Assembly (NCBI GenBank): GCA_050010535.1
Contig: JBEKKT010000001.1
Span: 1,372-65,371, forward strand
Source: Methanomassiliicoccales archaeon
GTDB taxonomy: Archaea > Thermoplasmatota > Thermoplasmata > Methanomassiliicoccales > JACIVX01
Direction of reading: 5' to 3'
Length of the DNA stretch: 64,000 bases
The notes beneath the pieces were generated by a model. That model saw only the letters and a program-made list of their open reading frames with translations. It had not been told where the DNA came from and searched no databases. A program made the translations under genes and the position numbers. Each line of letters opens with the position of its first letter. The first letter of the stretch is position 1. Shown one piece after another: positions 56,628-64,000 of this stretch.

Positions 56628-57686
56628 ATGGCGATAATCGGGGGATTCCTTGGAGCGGGCAAGACGACTCTGGCAACGAAGATCGCTGCGCAACTCAAGA
56701 GAATGGATAAGTCAGTCGCGATAATCACAAACGACCAAGGCGAGGCTTTAGTCGACACGCAGTATTCAAAGTCGCTTGGCTTTGACGTCTCCGAGGTGCT
56801 TCGCGGATGCTTCTGCTGCAGGTTCCCAGACTTCCTGAGGAGTGCGAGAACGCTTGTGTCATCCACCAGGCCCGACGTCATACTCGCCGAGCCAGTCGGA
56901 AGCTGCACGGACCTACTTGCGACCGTCGTCGCACCCTTGAAGGCGATATACCCTGATGAGTTTGAAGTCTCCCCGTTGATGATACTCGTCGACTCGACTA
57001 GACTTCTGTCAGAAGTCATCGATTCAAAGACCCCCGGGGATTACCTCCGGAGGCACCAGATCGAGGAGGGCGAGATTGTTGTTCTCTCCAAGACGGATAG
57101 GATCCCATATGATCGCATCGAGGAACTCAAGGACATAATCCACAAGATCAATCCAAAGGCAACAATCGTTCCCTATTCCTCGATCACTGGGGAAGGGCTC
57201 GGCGAATTGACCAAGAACGTCTCCTCGAACAAGATCAGCACGAATCGTCCCGTCGAGATAGACTACGACATCTACGCCGCTGCCGAAGCGGAGCTGGGCT
57301 GGTACAATGGCAGCTTCAATCTCACGCTCCCAGACAAGACTGATACATACGACATGGCCATGAGGGTCCTGAGGTCCGTATCAGATGAATACGAAGCGGA
57401 TGACGTCGCTCATGTCAAACTCATGCTCATCTCGGAAACCAATTCACTAAAGATGAGCTTGGTCTGCCAGAGTGTGAACGTCGACGGTGTCAAAGGATCG
57501 AGATATGGAAAAGGACCCTCTTCACTGATTGTCAACGCAAGGATCGTTTCCTCCCCTGAGAAGCTAGAGGACGTCGTCAGGAAGGCGGTCACGTACTCCT
57601 TGGAACATCTCGGTCTGTTGGCTGACAGCTTTGAGGACGATTCATTTTCCCCATCTCGCCCCCAGCCAACACATAAGATGAGATGA
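56628..57686 (+). CDS. CobW/G3E family GTP-binding metallochaperone
   Basis: GGFLGAGKTT, GCFCC, EPVGSCTD, SKTD. Confidence 0.88.
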   Translation: MAIIGGFLGAGKTTLATKIAAQLKRMDKSVAIITNDQGEALVDTQYSKSLGFDVSEVLRGCFCCRFPDFLRSARTLVSSTRPDVILAEPVGSCTDLLATVVAPLKAIYPDEFEVSPLMILVDSTRLLSEVIDSKTPGDYLRRHQIEEGEIVVLSKTDRIPYDRIEELKDIIHKINPKATIVPYSSITGEGLGELTKNVSSNKISTNRPVEIDYDIYAAAEAELGWYNGSFNLTLPDKTDTYDMAMRVLRSVSDEYEADDVAHVKLMLISETNSLKMSLVCQSVNVDGVKGSRYGKGPSSLIVNARIVSSPEKLEDVVRKAVTYSLEHLGLLADSFEDDSFSPSRPQPTHKMR

Positions 57687-57912
57687 AACGAGTCATCGGG
57701 CGATATATTCGCAAGTGTTTTCCGACACAGATTCTCGATTCCTCAGAGACGATACCGCGACTTCGAACGATTCTGAAATCACGTCCCAATCGTGATAACT
57801 ACGCTTTAGGAGCACAGAGGCAGCGTATTTCCCGTCGAGAACGCGATTTTTCTGAAAAAACTTAAATACTGACATCACATAAGTGAAAATCGCGTCTGGC
57901 GAGGGGGGTTGT

Positions 57913-58356
57913 ATGGTCACCGTGGACGAGATGAATCGCAGGATTCTCAGGCTCCTGGCGACAAACGGTAAGATGACATACAACGACATAGCCTCCAACC
58001 TGCGCAGATCGCCTTCCACTGTCAGAGATCGCATAAGGCGACTGGAAAACGAGAAAGTCATCCTAGGTTACGTAGCGGTGGTCAACACGGAGCGAACCGG
58101 GATGAAGTCCGACGCTATCGTTTTCGCAAACCCAACGGAAAGCGTAACAGTTGAGACCCTGAAGAAGCTTAGGGACATCCCTGGCGTCATGGAAGTCTTG
58201 TCGGTCAGCGGGGACAGAATGCTACTAATCCGAATCCACGCGCCGGACAATAGGTCCCTTGAGGACATCATCGCCAACAAGATCATTCCGTTGGGTCTGA
58301 AAGACGTCGAGGTTCAGATAGTTCTCGAATCGGTGATGCGATTCCCTGGCGTGTGA
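57913..58356 (+). CDS. Lrp/AsnC family regulator
   Basis: HTH (SPSTVRDRIRRLE..VILGY) plus RAM domain. Confidence 0.9.
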   Translation: MVTVDEMNRRILRLLATNGKMTYNDIASNLRRSPSTVRDRIRRLENEKVILGYVAVVNTERTGMKSDAIVFANPTESVTVETLKKLRDIPGVMEVLSVSGDRMLLIRIHAPDNRSLEDIIANKIIPLGLKDVEVQIVLESVMRFPGV

Positions 58357-58482
58357 TCTTGACAAGCGCCGATTTCTTAAGACTGGGTCTGAAACGCTAG
58401 ATTCCAAGGCGCTCCTCATAAAGTCCATTAGGCATCGGCGAGAAAGGGTTCTTATACCCCAGGGGATTGGGGTAATCCCGTA

Positions 58483-59091
58483 ATGAAGAAGAAAGCCTTG
58501 GAAATGCAGCTCCAGAGAATCTCTCCATTGACAAACCCCAGCGTGCAGCTGGAGCAGTACTCGACTCCTGCGTCCATAGGAGCGGACGTGTTGTTCGAGG
58601 CTCTCTCGCGCGGAGACATCGAAGGGAAGGACGTACTAGACCTTGGGTGCGGGAACGGTATTTTCGCCATTGGAGCCGCGCTGCTCAGGTCCAGAACGTC
58701 TATCGGAGTCGATCTGGATCCATCAGCCCTTCGTCAGGCGAGGAGAAATGCGAACGATTTGGGGGTGGACGTCGAATTTGCAAAGGCCAATGCCGGAAGA
58801 TTCTCGGCCAAAGCGGACACTGTCGTAATGAATCCCCCGTTCGGGGCGCAGAACAGAGGAGCCGACCGCCCCTTCCTCCTCACCGCCATGTCTGTCGCAG
58901 AGGCCGTATATTCAATCCATATGGCCGAAACGGAGGACTTTTTATTAAGGACCGTCAGGGACTCGAGATTTCGCGTGGATTTCCAGAAAAGGTATAAATT
59001 CGAGATACCTCATATGTTTGCTTTCCACATGAAGATGAAGAAGAATGTCGAGGTCATGTTGCTATGCATTCGAAAACTGGGTGACCGATGA
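58483..59091 (+). CDS. METTL5 family RNA methyltransferase
   Basis: LEQYSTP, DLGCGNG, MNPPFG, FH. Confidence 0.9.
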   Translation: MKKKALEMQLQRISPLTNPSVQLEQYSTPASIGADVLFEALSRGDIEGKDVLDLGCGNGIFAIGAALLRSRTSIGVDLDPSALRQARRNANDLGVDVEFAKANAGRFSAKADTVVMNPPFGAQNRGADRPFLLTAMSVAEAVYSIHMAETEDFLLRTVRDSRFRVDFQKRYKFEIPHMFAFHMKMKKNVEVMLLCIRKLGDR

Positions 59092-59651
59092 TGAAGGAGA
59101 AAAGGAATGTTCTACCAGGAGAAGAGGTGGCCGTCGTCGAGGAGTTCATACCTGGTGAGGGGACCTACGAGGAGAATGGAATGATCTTCTCTGCTCTGCT
59201 CGGCGAGCTTGAGCTTGATCACGATGAGAAAATCGCAAAGGTCGTCGCAAAAAATCCTCCGGTGACATTGAAGGTCGGAGACAGCGTCTTCTGCGAGATC
59301 ACTGACGTCCGGAACAGCATGGCAATATGCGAGGTCGTAGCCGTTGAGGGTGAGGAGAGGACCGTCGCAGGCGATACTAACGGCACGATTCATATATCGA
59401 AGGTGTCGTCCGAATATACCCAAGAGGTCGGAAAGGAGCTAAGACCCAGCGATATCATCAGGGCGAAGGTGCTGCAGGTCAAACCGTCGATACAGCTTTC
59501 GACCGTCGGCCCGCATCTAGGGGTCGTGAGAGCGCTCTGCAAGCAGTGCCGCGCGCCGTTGAAGAAGAAAGGCAAGGGACTATACTGTGAGACATGCGAT
59601 CGGACCGAATACCGCAAGACCTCGGACGACTTCAACGACGTGAAGTTTTGA
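59088..59651 (+). CDS. csl4: Exosome RNA-binding subunit Csl4
   Basis: VLPGE..EEF..G.GTYE, S1 domain, LGVV.A.C..C..C..C..RK. Confidence 0.92.
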   Translation: MMKEKRNVLPGEEVAVVEEFIPGEGTYEENGMIFSALLGELELDHDEKIAKVVAKNPPVTLKVGDSVFCEITDVRNSMAICEVVAVEGEERTVAGDTNGTIHISKVSSEYTQEVGKELRPSDIIRAKVLQVKPSIQLSTVGPHLGVVRALCKQCRAPLKKKGKGLYCETCDRTEYRKTSDDFNDVKF

Positions 59652-59754
59652 ACAACCAGAATTTCATTCCAAGATGGCTTGCTGGCTATCACATTCTTAC
59701 ACTACGGGAAAAAGAATATATCTGTAATCGATGTTAGACAGGCGCAGGGAGTGC

Positions 59755-59937
59755 ATGACAAAGACCACAGAGGACTTAGTTCGCGAAGTGAACGACTTGA
59801 GAAACGAACTGAAACAGATGAGAGAGATCGTGAACATGCTCTTCAACATAGTCGTGGAAGCAGAGAGCGATGAGGAAGACGACTATGCAACCTCAATCGG
59901 ACTCGGAGGAGTCGATCAGCCCCGGTTCAACAATTAG
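59755..59937 (+). CDS. Small coiled-coil/acidic hypothetical protein
   Basis: Heptad-like helix then acidic tail; GGGAGTG RBS. Confidence 0.6.
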   Translation: MTKTTEDLVREVNDLRNELKQMREIVNMLFNIVVEAESDEEDDYATSIGLGGVDQPRFNN

Positions 59938-60134
59938 AATACATTCCCTAGGTTTATTGCCAGCACCGCGGTGCCAGTTTCCTGGCGTGCCGTGCAGCGG
60001 CGTGATTCGGCTTTTGTGCTGATTCGGTATTCGCTTCCCGAAATCTTGGCAATCTGCAGAACGAGCCCCTGCCATTCCTGCCGCCAGGAACCCGAAGCTT
60101 ATAGGGACAGAGGCCGTTGAGGACTTGAGAAACT

Positions 60135-60776
60135 GTGAATCGGCTCAAAGTCGTCTGCCTCCTTTCCGGAGGTATCGATTCCCCTGTCGCAGCATCTCTG
60201 ATGGGCAGAAGAGGAGCGGACGTGATTCTCCTCCATATGGACAACAGTCGAGATGAGGAGGATTCTTCGATGGAGAAGGCCAGGGACCTCGCGCATATCA
60301 TTGGTGACTCCATAGTAGGGAACGTTACTCTTTACATTGCACCCCACGGCAGGAACCAGAAAAAGATATCGGAGACCTGCAGAAAGGGGTTCCAGTGCGT
60401 GCTATGCAAGATGCTTATGCTAAGAGTCGCGAAAGGACTATGCGGGCTCGTCGACGCTGACGCCATTGCCACCGGAGAATCACTCGGACAGGTCGCGTCC
60501 CAGACGCTGTGCAACATAAGGGTAGAGCAGCACGGACTCGATTTCCATGTGCTGAGGCCCCTCATCGGACTGGACAAACTGGAAATCGAGGCGATCGCCA
60601 AGGAGATAGGAACCTACGATATATCGATTCGGACCGCCGCCCCTTGCCACTTCGTGCCGAGCAAACCGGTGACGATGGCCAGAATAAGCAAGATCGCAGA
60701 GGAGTGCGCGAGAATCGATGTCGAGGAGATGATCAACCACGCCCTAGAAAACAAGAGAGAGATCCCTTTGAGCTAG
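60135..60776 (+). CDS. ThiI-like PP-loop sulfurtransferase (catalytic domain only)
   Basis: LLSGGIDSPVA, CVLCK, TGESLGQVASQT, RPLIGLDK, C..VP.KP. Confidence 0.85.
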   Translation: MNRLKVVCLLSGGIDSPVAASLMGRRGADVILLHMDNSRDEEDSSMEKARDLAHIIGDSIVGNVTLYIAPHGRNQKKISETCRKGFQCVLCKMLMLRVAKGLCGLVDADAIATGESLGQVASQTLCNIRVEQHGLDFHVLRPLIGLDKLEIEAIAKEIGTYDISIRTAAPCHFVPSKPVTMARISKIAEECARIDVEEMINHALENKREIPLS

Positions 60777-60802
60777 AAGCAAGAACACTTCTTGCGAAAT
60801 GA

Positions 60803-61027
60803 TTAATCACGGAACATGGACTTGGTGACCCGGTCGATATACTTCGCCTGGACGATCGAGACGTAAAGAGTGCTCTTCCCGACTGGGATCCTGATATCCG
60901 TATCTTTCGGAGCCTTCATTTCGATAGGGAGTATCACTGGGCCATAGCAGGAGGTCGAGACCCTATAGTCCTTACCATCCTTCATCATGAAATCAATGAC
61001 CTCTCTGTCGACCTTGATCTCCTTCAT
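60803..61027 (-). CDS. Small hypothetical protein
   Basis: 74-aa ORF (YRVSTSCYGP..K.TD); divergent from nob1. Confidence 0.6.
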   Translation of the reverse strand: MKEIKVDREVIDFMMKDGKDYRVSTSCYGPVILPIEMKAPKDTDIRIPVGKSTLYVSIVQAKYIDRVTKSMFRD

Positions 61028-61121
61028 GTAGTACTGCGCATTGGGAAGGGCGTATATAATCATAACCCGCGAATCGCCAAAGGAGGAATAGTATTTTACT
61101 ACGGCCACTGATTGCCTAAGA

Positions 61122-61589
61122 GTGAAGCTGGTCCTCGACACTTCAGCACTTTTCTCGATGCAGGATTTGCCTCCAGACACGGAGGTGCACACGACTCCCA
61201 GCGTGATAGGGGAGATGGAGAAGTATGAGGACAAAAGAACTGAATACTGGGAACATGCGCTGAAGATATCCCATCCCGGGGCGGATACGCTTAAGCGGGT
61301 CAAGGACGCGGCTGAGAAGACCAGAGATCTCTCTAGGCTCTCCCAGACCGATATGGAGATACTCGCTCTTGCGCTGGACCTGGGAGCAACCGTATTGACG
61401 GACGACTACTCGATCCAGAATCTTGCGAAGTACATGGGTATCGAGTACAAGACTGTCAGATTGAAGGGGATAAGGAAACTCGTCAAATGGAAGCTCAGAT
61501 GCACTGGTTGCGGAAGGATCTGGGACAGGGAGTACAAGGAGTGTCCCGTTTGCGGGAGCCCTTTGAAAACCTCACGATCAAGGAAATGA
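61122..61589 (+). CDS. nob1: Nob1 family endonuclease (PIN plus Zn ribbon)
   Basis: VLDTSA, LSQTD, TDDYSIQN, CTGC..CPVCG. Confidence 0.92.
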   Translation: MKLVLDTSALFSMQDLPPDTEVHTTPSVIGEMEKYEDKRTEYWEHALKISHPGADTLKRVKDAAEKTRDLSRLSQTDMEILALALDLGATVLTDDYSIQNLAKYMGIEYKTVRLKGIRKLVKWKLRCTGCGRIWDREYKECPVCGSPLKTSRSRK

Positions 61590-61952
61590 ATCTGTGCAGT
61601 CGAGTTGATTTCATCAGGAATCTATGCTCTCATGTGCTCTTGCGCAGTCTTTCTAGGTAATTCGTTTCTTCATAAGACAAGTAGGTGCGCGTGGAATCGA
61701 ATGGAACGGTTTGGAGTTCAGATGGTCTTTCGAACGCCCAGTACACCCACGACATTGAGATGGGCGATTCCTGATCATGACGTGAATTCCCGTTTCTATC
61801 GCCATTTGTTGGTTCCATCAGGCACAGTCATGTACAAACGACTAGAATAATCTTTGCATTGTAGACAATGTCGGATTCCTTTTCATCGAACTTAGACATA
61901 GAGGGATGATGGACGGAACCCAGACGGCCCACCATTGGACTCGGCCGCCACG

Positions 61953-63044
61953 TCAAGGGACCACTGGCTTGCATCTAATCATGTTACCCATCCGCCTTTT
62001 TCCGATGACACGCATCGCCGCTCCGAGACGCCACTGACTTCCGAAGCAAAGCGATGCCAGTGTCCTCGTCCTCAGTGCGTTTCGAAGGGGCTTTTCTACC
62101 TGATCCCTCCAGAGCCCCTCGTACGCCTCAAGAGATCTTCCCTTCAGTACGTTCCTCGCCGCCGTCTCCCCCGCAAGCTTCCCGCAGATGATCGCTATCG
62201 GGATCCCCCCGCCGTTTACCGCCATTACATGCCCCGCCGCATCCCCGACAATGAGTCCGTTCTTTGTCGTCGTCTTGGCCACCGGTCCGGACATAGGCAC
62301 GTATTTACCCACGGGCTTGCTGGTGTGGAGCCCCTTCCACTCCACAAATCGTTTGAAGTAATCGCCGATCTTCTCCTTCGCGAATCTCGGGGACACACCT
62401 GCCCCTACGTTCGCTCCTCCCATCTTCGGGATGATCCAGGCGTATCCGCCGGGCGCGCCGTTCCCGAAATACATCTCCGGGATCGGCTCGAAGTCCCCCT
62501 TTGCCTGGGCTGTGACTGCTGGATAGAGGTCCTTGTTCTTCGGAAGCCCAAGCGATGACGCGACTCTAGACAGCGGCCCGTCTGCGCCAATCACAACCTT
62601 CGCCCGGAGCCTGCCTGACGAGGTGATCACTTCTCCACCATCGACAGAGATGCATACGCAACCGGTGGCGATTCTAGCTCCCGCCCTTTCAGCTTTCAAA
62701 GCCAGATACGTATCGAAACGATCGCGGTCGGTCGAGTATCCGGCGAAAGGGATCTCGAACAATCGCAGTCTCGGGGAGTACAGCCTCAGCCTATCCATCT
62801 TCAGGGACACAAGATTAGCCGGGATGTCAAAGAGCGAATCAACGTCTCTTGCACGCGGGAATATGCTCTTGATCTCATCAATCGATGGAAGAAACTCTCC
62901 GCAGGCCACGGGGACGCCGATCTTCTCCTTGCGTTCCACGATGAGGACTTCCGCGCCGTTGAGAGCGGCATGCTCCGCGGCAGTGCAGCCAGCCGGCCCG
63001 GCCCCTATCACGACAATGTCGGCACCTTTCAAATCCTCGACCAT
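61953..63044 (-). CDS. Geranylgeranyl reductase family protein (second paralog)
   Basis: GAGPAG, PVACGE, GGYAWIIPK, VGDAAG..NGGG. Confidence 0.9.
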   Translation of the reverse strand: MVEDLKGADIVVIGAGPAGCTAAEHAALNGAEVLIVERKEKIGVPVACGEFLPSIDEIKSIFPRARDVDSLFDIPANLVSLKMDRLRLYSPRLRLFEIPFAGYSTDRDRFDTYLALKAERAGARIATGCVCISVDGGEVITSSGRLRAKVVIGADGPLSRVASSLGLPKNKDLYPAVTAQAKGDFEPIPEMYFGNGAPGGYAWIIPKMGGANVGAGVSPRFAKEKIGDYFKRFVEWKGLHTSKPVGKYVPMSGPVAKTTTKNGLIVGDAAGHVMAVNGGGIPIAIICGKLAGETAARNVLKGRSLEAYEGLWRDQVEKPLRNALRTRTLASLCFGSQWRLGAAMRVIGKRRMGNMIRCKPVVP

Positions 63045-63070
63045 GCTACGCCCTCTCGCAATAGCGAACA

Positions 63071-64000
63071 CTATGAGTCCCTCTCGACGACCGCCCTCGC
63101 AAGCGCCTCGAGGGAGTCTCTATAAGTGGAAGGTGCAATAGGGCCAAGATACTGGACTGCTTTCGCCGAGAATTTCCGGGCGTATTTTCTGGAGTTCTCA
63201 AGCGCATCTGATCGAGATAACAAGCGCAGTGCTTCTCTGACATCTCTGGGCGTTTTCTTCTTCTTTCTGAAAAGGGTCGATATTTGACTATGGTCCACAC
63301 CGTCGCTCATTGCCAATATCAGTGGCAATGTCGGCGTTCCGTCAAAGAAGTCCATGCCCCTAGGCTTGCCGAGTATCGCCTCGCTCCCTATGATGTCGAG
63401 AATGTCATCAGTGATCTGGAATGCCAGTCCTAGGTTCAAGGCGTAGCTGCCCAACGCATCTACTTGCACTGATGCACCGCCGCCGATGTAAGCGCCGACC
63501 TTCGCGCCGGCCTCGATTGGTCTGGCCGTCTTGCCTTCGATAATCTTCAAATAGTTGTCGATCGGCGTTCTCGGGTCTCGCAGATGATGCCCCTGGAGCA
63601 TCTCCCCCTCTGCCACGTTCGTGCATGCGTCGGCAAGGTAGTTCACGACGCGACGGTCCTGCGGGCCGCCCAGCTGGAACGCCTTTACAAAGAGAAAATC
63701 GCCAGCAATCAACGCTCTCTGAACGCCGAACTTCGTGAAGGCGGAAATCCTGCCTCTCCTCATCTTCCCGCCGTCATTAATATCGTCGTGGATGAGCGTG
63801 GCACTGTGGATAAGCTCGAACGCAGCTGCCATACCCACTATCTTCGAGGTTTCGTTTCCGCCGACGGCCTTGAAGGCTAGGATCACGACGCCTGGGCGGA
63901 TCCTCTTCCCTCCCGAGCCAATAACGTGCATTGAAATCTCGGTTAGAAGCCTCTGACGGGAGAGCACGCTCCTTCCAATCTCCCCCTCAACCAACCTGAG
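63071..64000 (-). CDS. Polyprenyl diphosphate synthase (5' end probably beyond the window)
   Basis: GGKRIRP, LIHDDIND..RRG, GKTA, FQITDDILD. Confidence 0.92.
   Translation of the reverse strand, partial: LRLVEGEIGRSVLSRQRLLTEISMHVIGSGGKRIRPGVVILAFKAVGGNETSKIVGMAAAFELIHSATLIHDDINDGGKMRRGRISAFTKFGVQRALIAGDFLFVKAFQLGGPQDRRVVNYLADACTNVAEGEMLQGHHLRDPRTPIDNYLKIIEGKTARPIEAGAKVGAYIGGGASVQVDALGSYALNLGLAFQITDDILDIIGSEAILGKPRGMDFFDGTPTLPLILAMSDGVDHSQISTLFRKKKKTPRDVREALRLLSRSDALENSRKYARKFSAKAVQYLGPIAPSTYRDSLEALARAVVERDS

Noticed and set aside
59950-60095. Inverted repeats (TTCCTGGCG/CGCCAGGAA; GCACCGCGGTGC) suggesting a structured RNA
   Set aside because: Stems are short and plausible by chance at this GC content; no C/D or H/ACA boxes recognised.
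61605-61850. Short ORFs between nob1 and the GGR gene
   Set aside because: No motifs or clear RBS; cannot be supported.
1-64000. CRISPR arrays, rRNA, intact IS elements
   Set aside because: No regularly spaced repeats, rRNA signatures or transposase ORFs were seen.

Overview
Archaeal chromosomal segment, most consistent with Thermoplasmata (Methanomassiliicoccales-like). All family calls come from motif recognition, not database searches. It holds about 63 intact CDS and two tRNAs (Leu-TAA with a 31-nt intron, Val-CAC). Housekeeping genes include RadA with a 174-aa mini-intein, PCNA, TFS, Alba, DNA ligase, Csl4, Nob1, tRNA methyltransferases, GGGP/DGGGP synthases, two geranylgeranyl reductases, split transketolase and transaldolase. 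Four accessory modules stand out. (i) A bacterial-type corrinoid Fe-S protein (AcsD/AcsC) faces a RACo activator and a core folate-independent (MesB-like) methionine synthase, with no ACS/CODH in the window. (ii) An uncharacterised cluster combines a TrsS/Tes-like radical SAM enzyme, a CoA ligase, DUF169, a Cys-rich protein, a DVU_1557-like fusion and an MtaA/UroD-family methyltransferase. (iii) An HdrA-MvhD-HdrD-HdrC-HdrB cluster is interrupted by an HdrA N-terminal relic. (iv) Three tandem KaiC-like ATPases share an atypical Walker A. Several decayed fragments are present (integrase-like, TPR, BPL-N-like, Acr3-like). About 18 of 63 genes end in TAG, which argues against genome-wide pyrrolysine recoding. 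No CRISPR array or rRNA was seen.
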